This document shows, in pieces, positions 1 to 10,104 of a DNA stretch of 64,000 nucleotides; the stretch's first letter is position 1, and each line of letters starts with the position of its first letter. Position numbers and translations under genes: made by a program. Origin of the DNA: Pyrodictiaceae archaeon (GTDB taxonomy: Archaea; Thermoproteota; Thermoprotei_A; Sulfolobales; Pyrodictiaceae); the NCBI GenBank assembly GCA_027036135.1, contig JALVSY010000030.1, positions 246,222 through 310,221 of the forward strand, written 5' to 3'. The notes beneath the pieces are model-generated. The model saw only the letters and a program-made list of their open reading frames with translations, did no database searches and was not told where the DNA came from.

Positions 1-2
1 TT

Positions 3-833
3 AGCATTGATGAACTTAAGTATATCGGTAAGAATGTGTTCCTCATCCATCTAGGGCATGATCCGTATATCTACCCGATCTGTACCGGAGGCACATGCTA
101 TCATAGTTCTCTTCCTAACGTTGTGTTTGTTCCAGGCGAGTATGTGGGAGGTAGTGTTGAGGAAATTGTAGAAAATCTGAGAGAGCTGCTTGGTGCTTCA
201 AAAAGATTAGCTATAGGTTACTCTGTCCAACATCGCATGCTCTCTCATAGTGTTGCAGAAGCTCTAAGTAGGAATGGTTACGATATTAGATTAGTAGCAC
301 CTGTCCTTGGGTGCTATTATTACAACCTTGTCAAGTATAGAGACGTTGTTGATGCGTTTATAGTAATCGCTGGGGGCTACTTCCACTCTCTAGGCCTCGG
401 ACTAGCTCTTGGAGGCGAAAAAACAGTCCTAAGAGCTGATCCCTACTCCAACAAAGTAGAGAATATCGGTGACAAAGTACTACATGTCCTCTCCAAGAGA
501 TACTGGGCCTTATCACTCTTATCAAGTGCTAAATCGCTTGGCATAATAATCGGGTTACTGCCTGGTCAGTACAGGCCTTGGATAGCTAGTTTCATAGAAG
601 CACTGGCTAGGCGTCGAGGAATAAAAACTTACAAACTTTATGCGAGGTATCTTAGCAGAGAAGTTCTCGATAATTTGAGTCCAAGCGATTACGATGCCTT
701 TGTCGTTACGTCTTGTCCTAGACTGGCTATAGATGATTTAGGTGATTATTGGAAACCCGTACTTACGCCAGCTGAGGCCAGGCTATGGCTTACCGATGCT
801 CTTGGTAAATACGGCTATACTTTTCCATGGTGA
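3..833 (+). CDS. dph2: Diphthamide biosynthesis enzyme Dph2 (5' end lies outside the window)
   Basis: HLGH, VLGC, GGYFH and VVTSCPRLAIDD...KPVLTP motifs; frame open to the window edge. Confidence 0.9.
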   Translation, partial: SIDELKYIGKNVFLIHLGHDPYIYPICTGGTCYHSSLPNVVFVPGEYVGGSVEEIVENLRELLGASKRLAIGYSVQHRMLSHSVAEALSRNGYDIRLVAPVLGCYYYNLVKYRDVVDAFIVIAGGYFHSLGLGLALGGEKTVLRADPYSNKVENIGDKVLHVLSKRYWALSLLSSAKSLGIIIGLLPGQYRPWIASFIEALARRRGIKTYKLYARYLSREVLDNLSPSDYDAFVVTSCPRLAIDDLGDYWKPVLTPAEARLWLTDALGKYGYTFPW

Positions 834-841
834 TTAACTAG

Positions 842-1474
842 TTGTTGAAACCTTCACAAATAGTACTTATTTTGGAAAAGAATGTTAAGCGCTTTAGTAA
901 ACCAAAACGTCTTCTCGAACAATACCGCACGCCACCAGAGATAGCTGTTGAGATTGCTCTTTGGTTAAGGAGTATTGGCTGTGAAGTAGTAGTTGACCTA
1001 GGCACAGGTACAGGCATGATAGCCTATGCTTCGTCTCTACTCGGCTTCTATGTCGTCGGAATAGACATTGATAGCGATGCCCTAAAGGATGCTATAGAGT
1101 CAAAGCTCTATAGTAAATTGGCCATAGATTTTGTACAAGCTGATGCCAGATATCTCCCCCTCCGACAAGGTGGCGACAAGTACTGCGTTGCGCAGAATCC
1201 TCCCTTTGGTATACAACGAAAAGGACAAGACACGGTATTTCTTGGAGCAGCTGCTGGGCTCGAGGCTAGTTACATAGCATCAATACATCATGGAGGCTCG
1301 AATAGTGCTCTCAATTACTTAGAAGATTTTATGAAAAAATATGGATACAGGCTTAAGCACATTGAAGCATTTAAGTTCCCAATACCCGCTATGTATCGGA
1401 GCCATACTAGGCGCATCTATTACGCCCCCGCGCTACTACTGCTATTTGAGAGAAAAAGGGTGCACGAGCATTGA
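842..1474 (+). CDS. METTL5-family SAM-dependent RNA methyltransferase
   Basis: LEQYRTPP, DLGTGTG and NPPFG motifs; typical neighbour of dph2/csl4. Confidence 0.88.
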   Translation: MLKPSQIVLILEKNVKRFSKPKRLLEQYRTPPEIAVEIALWLRSIGCEVVVDLGTGTGMIAYASSLLGFYVVGIDIDSDALKDAIESKLYSKLAIDFVQADARYLPLRQGGDKYCVAQNPPFGIQRKGQDTVFLGAAAGLEASYIASIHHGGSNSALNYLEDFMKKYGYRLKHIEAFKFPIPAMYRSHTRRIYYAPALLLLFERKRVHEH

Positions 1475-2070
1475 GCAACGTGCTAGCAAGTATCGTTGGT
1501 AAAAAGGTGTACCCTGGCGACGTGCTTTGTACTATAGAGGAGTTTCTGCCAGGTGATGGAGTATACGTTGAGGATGGATATATACGAGCAGCTCGCTTTG
1601 GTATAGTTGAGGTAGATTTTGCTAATAGGTGTATACACGTTAAGCCTCTTGGTAAAAGACCGCGTTTACCAAGAAAAGGTTCAGTAGTATATGGAGTCGT
1701 TACTGGTGTGCCTAGAGAGGAGCTAGCCTTTGTAAAGATATTTGCAGATGAGAGAATGATGCCTTTTAACGGGTTCTTTAGCGGCGTGCTCCACGTATCA
1801 CAGGCTAGTGATACACCGGGCCAGCACAGCATCTACGATTTTGTGAAGCCAGGCGACTTCATAAGGGCAACAATAGTATCTTCTTCAGCGCCATACTTGT
1901 TGTCCATCAAGAGGCCGCAGGATGGTGTGATTCTCGCTTATTGCTCGGTTTGTGGTGCTCCTCTGTATAAGGTTCCGGGTAGCCCATACTTGGTGTGTAA
2001 GCGTTGCGGAAATAAGGAGAAACGCAAGATAGCAATACACTACATGTTGGAGGAGAGAAGAAAGAGGTAG
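1471..2070 (+). CDS. csl4: Exosome RNA-binding subunit Csl4
   Basis: VYPGD..EEFLPGDG N-domain, S1 domain, C-terminal CxxC..CxxC Zn ribbon ending EKRKIA. Confidence 0.93.
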   Translation: MSNVLASIVGKKVYPGDVLCTIEEFLPGDGVYVEDGYIRAARFGIVEVDFANRCIHVKPLGKRPRLPRKGSVVYGVVTGVPREELAFVKIFADERMMPFNGFFSGVLHVSQASDTPGQHSIYDFVKPGDFIRATIVSSSAPYLLSIKRPQDGVILAYCSVCGAPLYKVPGSPYLVCKRCGNKEKRKIAIHYMLEERRKR

Positions 2071-2075
2071 AACTA

Positions 2076-2720
2076 GTGATGCCTATCAAAGTTATTAAGA
2101 AGAAGCTCTATGTAACAAGCATCCCACCGGGTTTTCCACTAGAAAAGATATACGAGAAAATATCCAGTAATGTCAGGACACCTTTCGCCGAAATAAGTAT
2201 ACGTGGTAATAGGGCATTCATAGAGCTAGTAGGCACCGAGGCCGAAATAAAAGATACATGGTACAGGATTAGGAACGCTCTACAAGATCTCTGGGAGCTA
2301 TACAGATTAGAGAGACAGAAGGAAGCAACAATAAACGCCATAGTTAAGGAAGCTGGACGCACCTTTCCTCCAGAGTCGCTTGTATACGCACTTAAGCTAA
2401 AAGGGTATGATGCGAGGCTGAGCGAAGATAAGCAATACATCTATACTAATGCGCCACCCGATATAGTTGTTGAAAGTGCCCGCCGCATAGCAGAGGTAAT
2501 CGATGAGATAAGATTCCAAGTAAAGGGATCGGCGGCAAAACGCATGATAGCAGCTATAGCCGTTGGTTTATCGGTTGATCCCGAGAAGGTAATAGAGTAT
2601 GGGCTTAAGACGCGCGTTCTAGAAGAAACCGATGATGGACTTAGGCTACGAGAGGAATGGAGAAAAGGTCTAAGAAAGATAGCAGTCATGCTTAAGGGGG
2701 CTGAGCTAGGCTTCGAGTAG
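2076..2720 (+). CDS. Conserved archaeal protein (DUF2067-like)
   Basis: Position between csl4 and rpoL; PESLVYALKLKGY motif. Confidence 0.6.
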   Translation: MMPIKVIKKKLYVTSIPPGFPLEKIYEKISSNVRTPFAEISIRGNRAFIELVGTEAEIKDTWYRIRNALQDLWELYRLERQKEATINAIVKEAGRTFPPESLVYALKLKGYDARLSEDKQYIYTNAPPDIVVESARRIAEVIDEIRFQVKGSAAKRMIAAIAVGLSVDPEKVIEYGLKTRVLEETDDGLRLREEWRKGLRKIAVMLKGAELGFE

Positions 2721-2737
2721 GTGGGGCTGAGCAGAAG

Positions 2738-3073
2738 ATGAGTAGCCAAGAGCAATTGCTTGCAGGGTCAAAACTTAGGCTGCTTAAACGCGAGAAAGAC
2801 TCTATTGAAATAGAGCTTGAAGGCGAGGATCACACAATAGCGAATCTGATCGCGAAGTATGCTATACGCAAAAAGGGCGTCGTGTATTCATCATACATAA
2901 TATCTCATCCATTAGTTGGGAAACCCGTGGTCGTGTTATCAACTGATGGTAGTCGTGATCCTTTAGAAGTACTTGAAGAAGTGCTGAACGATATAATCAG
3001 GGATGCAAAGGAGTTCCGCAACAAGCTACAAGAGGTTATAAAAAATAATGCATTCTGCCAAGAAAGAGGCTAG
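2738..3073 (+). CDS. rpoL: RNA polymerase subunit L (Rpo11)
   Basis: GEDHTIANL...Y.ISHPL signature. Confidence 0.95.
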   Translation: MSSQEQLLAGSKLRLLKREKDSIEIELEGEDHTIANLIAKYAIRKKGVVYSSYIISHPLVGKPVVVLSTDGSRDPLEVLEEVLNDIIRDAKEFRNKLQEVIKNNAFCQERG

Positions 3074-3410
3074 ACTTTTACTCATTTATAGATGCAACGA
3101 AGGCCTTTATGCAGTAATAGTGTTTAGAGGCCCTTTCCGTCTAGAGTATGCCAGTACTGGTACTAGAGACGTAATTGAGGAAGTTGCGCATTCGAGCATA
3201 TTTGATGAAATACGCTATGTTTGGCCGCCAAGCTTCTCTCGTAAACTTGGGCTAAGTCCTCTACCTAACTTGGAGAGCTATTTTGGCTCTTGTTTACTCT
3301 GCGTGGATAATCTTGCTAAAAATATATGTAGTATAGCAGATAACTTAATAGTTTCCGAAAATTCTTTACTTTTTAAAGACCAGAGAGAAAGCAATAAGAG
3401 GAGCCAGTAG
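3048..3410 (+). CDS. Hypothetical protein
   Basis: Fills the rpoL-tfs gap in the same operon. Confidence 0.55.
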   Translation: MHSAKKEARLLLIYRCNEGLYAVIVFRGPFRLEYASTGTRDVIEEVAHSSIFDEIRYVWPPSFSRKLGLSPLPNLESYFGSCLLCVDNLAKNICSIADNLIVSENSLLFKDQRESNKRSQ

Positions 3411-3471
3411 CTAAGAGGAGCTAAACTGGCTAAACCGAATTACTATGGTACAAGTCAAGAGGTGAGCGAAG

Positions 3472-3816
3472 ATGAAGTTCTGTCCACGCTGTGGTTCATT
3501 AATGGTTGTCAAGACCATTAATGGTAAAAAAGTATGGGTCTGTCCCAGCTGTGGTTACACCGAGGAAATCAAAGACGATGGAAGTGTCTCAGCACTTGTT
3601 CTAAAGCAGCGGATAAAACACAGCGAGAAAGAGCGGCTAGTGGTAATACCTAAAGATATCAATTGGGAAGCGATGCCAAAGACTAGAGTAACATGTCCAC
3701 GCTGTGGATACCATGAAGCCTATTACTGGGTTGTACAGACTCGTCGTGCCGACGAGCCTCCAACAAGATTCTTCAAGTGTGTGCGCTGCGGATACGTATG
3801 GAGAGAATATGACTGA
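3472..3816 (+). CDS. tfs: Transcription factor S (TFS)
   Basis: Two Zn ribbons; QTRRADEPPTRFFKC catalytic hairpin. Confidence 0.95.
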   Translation: MKFCPRCGSLMVVKTINGKKVWVCPSCGYTEEIKDDGSVSALVLKQRIKHSEKERLVVIPKDINWEAMPKTRVTCPRCGYHEAYYWVVQTRRADEPPTRFFKCVRCGYVWREYD

Positions 3817-4039
3817 CACGGGTAGAGGCGCGGATATTTGTTACGAGGCCGAGTACTTTACTAGACTTTTTAGGAAACTGTTAGAAGATGCAGAGGAGGC
3901 CTATTATCGCACCCCAGTGCACGTCTCGTCAAGGCCATATATGGAGCGTGTGCTTAGGCTAGTACAAGCCGGGCTTAGCGAGTCAATAAGATTACTAAGT
4001 GAATGTAAGAAAGACATGGGGAGTGAGTGGAGTGCTTAG
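3809..4039 (+). CDS. Small hypothetical protein
   Basis: ATG at 3809 overlaps the tfs end; helical 76 aa product; the upstream part of ORF 3704 is a tfs shadow. Confidence 0.55.
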   Translation: MTDTGRGADICYEAEYFTRLFRKLLEDAEEAYYRTPVHVSSRPYMERVLRLVQAGLSESIRLLSECKKDMGSEWSA

Positions 4040-4104
4040 ACTTGATTTATGCATAGACCTTTTCTAGCTAAGTCTCCTAAATACTAGCTTCTCGGGGAGA
4101 GCGG

Positions 4105-4845
4105 TTGAAAATAACATTCTTTGATGCAAGAGTATGGCGGTACCTGATATCAGCAATCTCTAAAGTAATAGAGGAAGGCGTGTTCATAGTTGATCCAGAG
4201 AAAGGATTTAGATTTAGAGCCATGGATCCCTCACATGTAATTCTACTCGATATGAACTTTCCCCGCGAGTCCTTCGAGGAGTTCGATGTTGATAAGGAGT
4301 ATCAGCTCGGCGTAAACCTAGAAGATCTTGCAAAGGTCCTAAGAAGGGCTAGGAAAGAGGATAAACTAGAGATACGAGCAGACGAGAACACGATATCAAT
4401 TAGCTTCATAGGTAAAGGATATCGTGAGTTCACACTACCATTACTCGATGTAACAGCTGAGGAGATACCAGAGCCCGAGCTAGAGTTCAAGGCAAACGTA
4501 AAAGTGATGAGCGATGTCTATAGAGATACTATTAAGGATGTAGAACTAGTCGGTGACGTGATAAAATTCACGGCCTCCGAGAACGAGTTTCGCGTAGAGT
4601 CTTCAAGCGAGTTAGCAGAAGCGGAGATAGTCTATACCCTTGAGAGTGGTAGCATAATAGAACTGAATGTTGAGGATACTCAGTCAGCGATGTATACGCT
4701 CGAGTACTTTAGCGATCTCTCCGGAGCAGCACGTGTGGCAGATACAATAACTATACGCTTTAGTAGCGAAATGCCTGCTCTTATAGAGCATGAGATACCT
4801 CAGGGAGCTAAGTTTAGTTTCCTAATAGCTCCGCGGGTCGAGTAA
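4105..4845 (+). CDS. pcn: DNA sliding clamp PCNA
   Basis: AMDPSHV.L motif and C-terminal FLIAPRVE. Confidence 0.96.
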   Translation: MKITFFDARVWRYLISAISKVIEEGVFIVDPEKGFRFRAMDPSHVILLDMNFPRESFEEFDVDKEYQLGVNLEDLAKVLRRARKEDKLEIRADENTISISFIGKGYREFTLPLLDVTAEEIPEPELEFKANVKVMSDVYRDTIKDVELVGDVIKFTASENEFRVESSSELAEAEIVYTLESGSIIELNVEDTQSAMYTLEYFSDLSGAARVADTITIRFSSEMPALIEHEIPQGAKFSFLIAPRVE

Positions 4846-4948
4846 GGGCCACGAAAAATGCATCAAATTTTATCAATAGTGCCATAATTTATCCTTTAGT
4901 AGCGGGTTGTCTTTAGGCTCGGAACATAGATATAAGGGTCACGTAGTA

Positions 4949-6103
4949 ATGGCCGACCTCTTTCGGCGAACAAAGCGCTTCCTAGAGCGGATAACAAGGA
5001 ACTACTATGAGAGAAAAACACCTCATGTCCCGAATGACTTCATGTTAAGAGAGTTTGCTGCCCAGACCTGGCATAGTAGGAGCTACATAAGGCACATGGC
5101 TTTCCAGAGCATAGAGGAGATAAAAAAATTCCTCGTGACAAAGGCGCCACGTCACTTCTACTATTCCTCAGCTAGGTATAATCAGCCCGAAGCAAACGAT
5201 ATGGAGCTTAAAGGATGGCGCTCTGCAGACCTGGTATTCGATATTGATGCAGACCATTTACCTGAGTGCACAGATAAGGTTATTGAGATAAAAATTGAGG
5301 CAAGCGGTGAGAAAACAAGCCTAGTCGATGACGAGTGTATAGAACGTGCCTCACTCCGTGCTCTCAACCTTAGAGATATACTAGTCTATGAGTTGGGCAT
5401 AGACGAGAAACGCATAGCAATAGAGTTTTCAGGTAATAGAGGTTTTCATGTCACGGCATACCTTGACGACAATAATGAGCTAGCTAAGAGCGGTTCAGAC
5501 GTAAGAAGAGAACTAGTAAACTACATAAAAGCCATAGACCTCCTAGACGAGTCTCTTGAACCGTGGCGCCAGCTCAGCCTTAGACGTGGTAGGCCCAGCC
5601 CTATTCCGCCTAGCCCTCTGAGCGGCGGTGTGCGCGGCCGCCTTGCCAGAATAATGGTGCGCTTAGCTCAGCAACGAGGATTAACAAGTATAGTGGCCAA
5701 GCTATATAAGTTTCAGTCACAGAAGACCACAATGCTGTATGAAAATGCATTAAAAGATCTTGAGCAAGAAGCGCGTGAACTTATTGGAGTGGAAATAGAT
5801 GAGCAAGTAACAATAGATACTTCTCGATTAATCCGTGCACCTTGGAGCCTAAACGGGAAAACAATGCTACCAGTCATGCCTCTAGACGAGCATATGTTAA
5901 TTAGATTCAAGCTCTCTGCACATATCTCCCCGTTTGCAAACATGGAGCCCGTGCGTGTGCGTATGCTTACAAATATCCCGACTAGTATAAAGATTCTAGG
6001 TACAAGAATGAGCTTGAAGAAAGATGATAGACCTAAACTTGATGCTCCCTTGGCGCTCTACTTGCTTAGTAAAGGGCTTGCTATAATAGAGCAGGAGGGG
6101 TGA
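4949..6103 (+). CDS. priS: DNA primase small subunit
   Basis: YYSSARY, DLVFDIDAD, FSGNRGFHV, IDEQVTIDTSRLIRAP motifs; ATG 4949 preferred over TTG 4907. Confidence 0.95.
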   Translation: MADLFRRTKRFLERITRNYYERKTPHVPNDFMLREFAAQTWHSRSYIRHMAFQSIEEIKKFLVTKAPRHFYYSSARYNQPEANDMELKGWRSADLVFDIDADHLPECTDKVIEIKIEASGEKTSLVDDECIERASLRALNLRDILVYELGIDEKRIAIEFSGNRGFHVTAYLDDNNELAKSGSDVRRELVNYIKAIDLLDESLEPWRQLSLRRGRPSPIPPSPLSGGVRGRLARIMVRLAQQRGLTSIVAKLYKFQSQKTTMLYENALKDLEQEARELIGVEIDEQVTIDTSRLIRAPWSLNGKTMLPVMPLDEHMLIRFKLSAHISPFANMEPVRVRMLTNIPTSIKILGTRMSLKKDDRPKLDAPLALYLLSKGLAIIEQEG

Positions 6104-6579
6104 TTCCCCCAATGGTTGATGGCTATGACGAGGCTGGATTACAAGCCCTTATTCGCTCGGCCAAGAGGCTTCTAGAAGAAGGTAAGCTAGAAAGCATACT
6201 CGATGATGCGAAGCGCTATAGGGAAGGCTTAGCAAGTACTCTGCTCTCATTAGAAAATTATAAACATAGCGATATATTGGAAACTTATCTTAATATGGCT
6301 AATAAGGCTATTAAACTCTTATTGAAGTCATATAGCACGGCTAACAAGGTTAACAGAGAGGAAGCTGAAGCAACGCTCGCCGGGATAATAGGCTTAGCTG
6401 TTTCAGCAGATAAGTGTACGCTCATAGAGCTAGCAACCGATATCAAGCTCCGGGGTAAGAATAGAAGCCTTGGTTCCATAACTTGTGTTAGCTCCGAGAA
6501 AGCAGTACACATGGTTTTAGCAGATATCGCCTCATTATTGCCCAGCGGCCTCAGTGAAGCCCTCAGAGGCTCAGAGTAG
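6100..6579 (+). CDS. Probable GINS subunit Gins15 (divergent)
   Basis: Occupies the Gins15 slot of the conserved PCNA-PriS-Gins15-L44e-S27e-aIF2a-Nop10 cluster; helical N-part and beta-rich C-part. Confidence 0.55.
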   Translation: MIPPMVDGYDEAGLQALIRSAKRLLEEGKLESILDDAKRYREGLASTLLSLENYKHSDILETYLNMANKAIKLLLKSYSTANKVNREEAEATLAGIIGLAVSADKCTLIELATDIKLRGKNRSLGSITCVSSEKAVHMVLADIASLLPSGLSEALRGSE

Positions 6580-6646
6580 TATTTAAGCCAGAACCCTGTC
6601 TCTCGTGATGAGGGTACTAAGTAAGGGGCTGGGGAGTGATAGCGCC

Positions 6647-6931
6647 GTGAAAGTACCAAAGGTGATAGTAACGTACTGTCCCCGTTGCCGTACACATACA
6701 CCACACACAGTAATGATATATAAGCATGGTAAGAGACGTAGCCTTGCAGAAGGTGAGCGCAGATATAGGCGCAAGCAAGAAGGTTATGGTAGCAAGAGGA
6801 AGCCTGAGCAAAAACGCTTCGCAAAGGTAACAAAGAAGGTCGTACTCAAGCTCAAGTGCCAAAAGTGCGGCTACATACTGCACCGTAGAGGCATTAGGCT
6901 TAAGAAAGTTGAATTAGTCGAGGTGAGGTGA
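6647..6931 (+). CDS. rpl44e: 50S ribosomal protein L44e
   Basis: KVPK...YCPRCRTHT...[12 protein letters not shown]; GTG start at 6647. Confidence 0.96.
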   Translation: MKVPKVIVTYCPRCRTHTPHTVMIYKHGKRRSLAEGERRYRRKQEGYGSKRKPEQKRFAKVTKKVVLKLKCQKCGYILHRRGIRLKKVELVEVR

Positions 6932-6937
6932 GACCTT

Positions 6938-7138
6938 ATGGTCAAGAAGCTCAAGATACTAGTTCCTCAGCCGCGTAGCAGGTTCCTATTGGTACGCTGC
7001 CCGGTATGCGGAAACGAGCAAGTAGTATTCAGCCATGCTACTTTCCCGGTACGTTGCCTAGTATGCGGTGCACAGCTAGTCGAGCCTACTGGAGGAAAAG
7101 CAAAGATACATGGCCAGGTAGTTAGAGTCCTCGGCTAA
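6938..7138 (+). CDS. rps27e: 30S ribosomal protein S27e
   Basis: [22 protein letters not shown]...PTGGKA. Confidence 0.96.
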   Translation: MVKKLKILVPQPRSRFLLVRCPVCGNEQVVFSHATFPVRCLVCGAQLVEPTGGKAKIHGQVVRVLG

Positions 7139-7225
7139 TAATAGCTATATGGCTTATGTAAAGCTTAGGTATTCGCCTTTTTCTAGGAATAACCTGCTTC
7201 AAGAGACGTACATAGTTCGTTTTTA

Positions 7226-8071
7226 TTGAGTCTCTCTAATAGGGTATCAAGAGGTGATATAGTAACCTTGGCAATTAGGAAGAAAGAGCTACCCGATGTA
7301 GGCGAACTCGTTGTAGCAACAGTGAGAGAAGTATATGACTATGGAGCCTACCTTAACCTCGACGAGTATGGCGGCCTAGAAGCATACTTGCCGTGGAGCG
7401 AGGTTGCTTCTCGATGGGTCCGTAGCATTCATGATGTAGTTAAGCCTGGCCAGAAAGTCGTTGTAAAGGTTATACGTGTTCATAGAAAGAGAAAAACAGT
7501 TGATGTATCATTAAAGAGAGTTACTGATAGTGAAAGAAAGCGTAAAATGGCGCAGTGGAAGCGTGAGCAGAAAGCACTCAAGATCCTCGAGATAATTGGG
7601 CAGAAGAAGGGCAAGACCCTCGAGGAGATATACGAAGTAGTTGGGCGCAAGCTTGAGGAAACATTTGGCGACTTAATGACCGCCTTCGAGGAAGCCGTTA
7701 TACGAGGAGCCGAAGCCCTTAGGGAGGCTGGTATACCTGAGGAATGGATAGAGCCCATCCTAGAGGAAGTTAAGAGGCATGTGCACGTCAAGAGAGTGAA
7801 AATAGAGGGTACAATAATAGCTACTTCTAGGGCAGGCGATGGAGTTGAGAGAGTAAAGAAGGTCCTCCTTGCAATGAAGCAACAGCTACTAAGATTCTCT
7901 AAGGACATAAGTGCACGCCTATATACCATAGGTGCGCCGCGCTACAAGATAGAGCTAGAAGCATACGATTATAGAACCATTGAGAAAGCGCTTGAGGAGG
8001 CCCTTAGCGAGGCGGAAAAGAACGCTAAGAAGCTAGGGGTAGAGTTTAGCTTCACACGTGAAAGGAAGTAA
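7226..8071 (+). CDS. eif2a: Translation initiation factor 2 alpha subunit (true start probably TTG 7268)
   Basis: ELPDVGELVVATV S1 domain, DVSLKRV, YTIGAPRY. Confidence 0.95.
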   Translation: MSLSNRVSRGDIVTLAIRKKELPDVGELVVATVREVYDYGAYLNLDEYGGLEAYLPWSEVASRWVRSIHDVVKPGQKVVVKVIRVHRKRKTVDVSLKRVTDSERKRKMAQWKREQKALKILEIIGQKKGKTLEEIYEVVGRKLEETFGDLMTAFEEAVIRGAEALREAGIPEEWIEPILEEVKRHVHVKRVKIEGTIIATSRAGDGVERVKKVLLAMKQQLLRFSKDISARLYTIGAPRYKIELEAYDYRTIEKALEEALSEAEKNAKKLGVEFSFTRERK

Positions 8072-8089
8072 ACAAGGAGGACCCAGGGC

Positions 8090-8272
8090 ATGCAATGGCT
8101 TTTAAGACGTTGCACTAAATGTGGACGATACACTCTTAGGAGAGATAAATGCCCTGTCTGTGGTGCCCCGGTACAGGTACCTCATCCGCCAAGATTCTCT
8201 CCAGAGGACAAATATGTCGCATATCGTTACCGTATGAAGCTAGCGGCTCTCCGCGAACAAGTGAGTAAATAG
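8090..8272 (+). CDS. nop10: H/ACA RNP protein Nop10
   Basis: CxxCGRYTL..CPVCG...HPPRFSPEDKY. Confidence 0.96.
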   Translation: MQWLLRRCTKCGRYTLRRDKCPVCGAPVQVPHPPRFSPEDKYVAYRYRMKLAALREQVSK

Positions 8273-8310
8273 ATTGGGCCCTTCTAGCGCCTCTTATACT
8301 TCCCCTTATT

Positions 8311-8817
8311 TTACCAAGGTACGGGTTTTAGTCTAAGCTTATGCGCAGCGGTATTAGTAGCCCTGTGCAACGCCATAACTACTGGCGCGAAGCCTAGTAT
8401 AACCCATGGATTAAGCACCAAGTGAGCAGAGTACAGCATATAGAGAGCACCGGAGTAGAAGTCTAGCTGGTCTAGAACCGGAGCTGGCGCCCCTCTCTCA
8501 AGCCCTATTCTTCTCTTGATAAAGGCTCCAAGCATGTCACCCAAGAGAGCGCCAAGCGCAGCTAATACCCCTCCATAGAATATTATAGGAGAGCATGTAA
8601 GTGCAGCTAGGAATAGGGCTACAGTAGAGCCGTATAGGAATCCTATGATTAGCCCCTCCCAGGTCTTTCCCGGGCCCAGTAAGGGACGCCCATCCCGCAG
8701 CACTAGGCCCCTGTCTATCGGTGTGCCCTTGTACCGTAACAGTACTGGTGCGCCATTGGCAGCGAGCGCAGGCAATAATACCAGTATAGTGTTTAGAGGG
8801 TTCAGCAGGTAAGCCAT
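8311..8817 (-). CDS. carS: CDP-archaeol synthase (DUF46)
   Basis: ANGAPV, PID.G, GPGKTWEG, GDMLGAFIKRR, DQLD, LKPVPW. Confidence 0.93.
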   Translation of the reverse strand: MAYLLNPLNTILVLLPALAANGAPVLLRYKGTPIDRGLVLRDGRPLLGPGKTWEGLIIGFLYGSTVALFLAALTCSPIIFYGGVLAALGALLGDMLGAFIKRRIGLERGAPAPVLDQLDFYSGALYMLYSAHLVLNPWVILGFAPVVMALHRATNTAAHKLRLKPVPW

Positions 8818-9398
8818 TCTATCCCCCTTGCTGTAATCCGAAACAAAGCTTCATAGCTTAGAGGGTGCTCTACTACCAGTCTCCTAGCTCCCTGTTCCTT
8901 TGCCTGCTCTATCCTAGCGATGCTGTGTGCCCAGAAATATATAGCGTTCTCCATAAGCGGGCGGGGCCTCTTAGTCTCAGGGTCGATATGTGTATCACTT
9001 ATCAGGATAACAGGGATACCAAGAGAATCGCTAAGAGATCTTAGGGCAGCAATTGCGAAGAGTGTAGCATTAAAGGCTATCCCTCCTTCGCGGGCAAAGG
9101 CTGTAATGGGGTCAACGACTATTAGATCTAGTTCATAATAATTGGTTTTCAACAATACATCAACGAGATCAAGGTAATCAATTATTTCTCGAAGCTTAAC
9201 GCCTGCTAGCCTAATCCCTATGTTTTTCATTCTCTCAATGATAGGTGTAAGTGTTGTCCCTACATATAAGCAGGAGGACAAACAATAATGTCTTACAAAC
9301 TCAAGAGCAATATTCGTCTTACCAGTACCCGGCTCGCCATAAATAGCTAGAATCGTTGGCCACTTTATTGCATCCAGGAATTCCTTGCAGAGAGCCAC
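8802..9398 (-). CDS. RecA/RadB-like ATPase (single-domain RadA paralogue)
   Basis: Walker A GEPGTGKT, Walker B LIVVD, C-terminal FRITARGIE. Confidence 0.8.
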   Translation of the reverse strand: MALCKEFLDAIKWPTILAIYGEPGTGKTNIALEFVRHYCLSSCLYVGTTLTPIIERMKNIGIRLAGVKLREIIDYLDLVDVLLKTNYYELDLIVVDPITAFAREGGIAFNATLFAIAALRSLSDSLGIPVILISDTHIDPETKRPRPLMENAIYFWAHSIARIEQAKEQGARRLVVEHPLSYEALFRITARGIEWLTC

Positions 9399-9449
9399 TT
9401 ATCCTCCCCTGCTATTTACTAGCTCTATTAATGGGGAACGAGACAGCCA

Positions 9450-10076
9450 ATGCCGCTAAGGGTTATCGCCTGGATTAATGATACAGAGCTTGCTCATAAA
9501 TTTCTAGAGCTAGCCAGAATACTAGGTATTAGAGCAGAGATACCCCGCCTACCTATATCTACCTGCCAAAACTCTAGCTCCCTGGTTGTCACAGACGATG
9601 CAGAGATAGCTGCAAAAATAGATGGGAAGTGCAAGGTGCTTCTCCTAAGAGCTAAGGATACACTATCAAACTTAATCACAGTGGTCTCAGAACTTGCCGG
9701 GACTCCGTCGGAGATCGTCGTCGGGGTAGACTTGGGGAAAGAGAAACTCGCCTACGTAGTAATAGTTGCTGGAATCGTAATAGACTATGGCATCTGTGTT
9801 AACTGTATAGAAGAATTCGCAAAGAGAATTTGCCAGCTCAAACACCACAAGGTCTTTGTCGGAATAGGGTACACTGCGAGCGTCTCAGATAACGCGCTAG
9901 GACTCTACGAGCTATTAAGAGAATGTGGTATCAACGTATCAATAGTTGATGAGAGAAGATCTAACAAATCAATACTAATGGGGCTTCGAGGAAGCGAGGC
10001 GCTACGCAAGACCGATTTAAGAGCCGCAGCAATAGTTGCACTTCGCTCAAGATCCTGGAAAACACGTACCAGCTAG
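9450..10076 (+). CDS. YqgF/RuvX-like RNase H-fold protein
   Basis: VGVDLG, VDERRS and D..AAAIVA match the YqgF catalytic pattern. Confidence 0.6.
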   Translation: MPLRVIAWINDTELAHKFLELARILGIRAEIPRLPISTCQNSSSLVVTDDAEIAAKIDGKCKVLLLRAKDTLSNLITVVSELAGTPSEIVVGVDLGKEKLAYVVIVAGIVIDYGICVNCIEEFAKRICQLKHHKVFVGIGYTASVSDNALGLYELLRECGINVSIVDERRSNKSILMGLRGSEALRKTDLRAAAIVALRSRSWKTRTS

Positions 10077-10104
10077 CCCCCGTTTCTCGATGAAGCAATG
10101 ATAG

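Noticed and set aside
6604-6650. C/D box sRNA starting GTGATGA before rpl44e
   Set aside because: No properly spaced CTGA D or D' boxes
4105-8272. Replication-translation gene cluster as a novelty
   Set aside because: Already described as a conserved archaeal cluster
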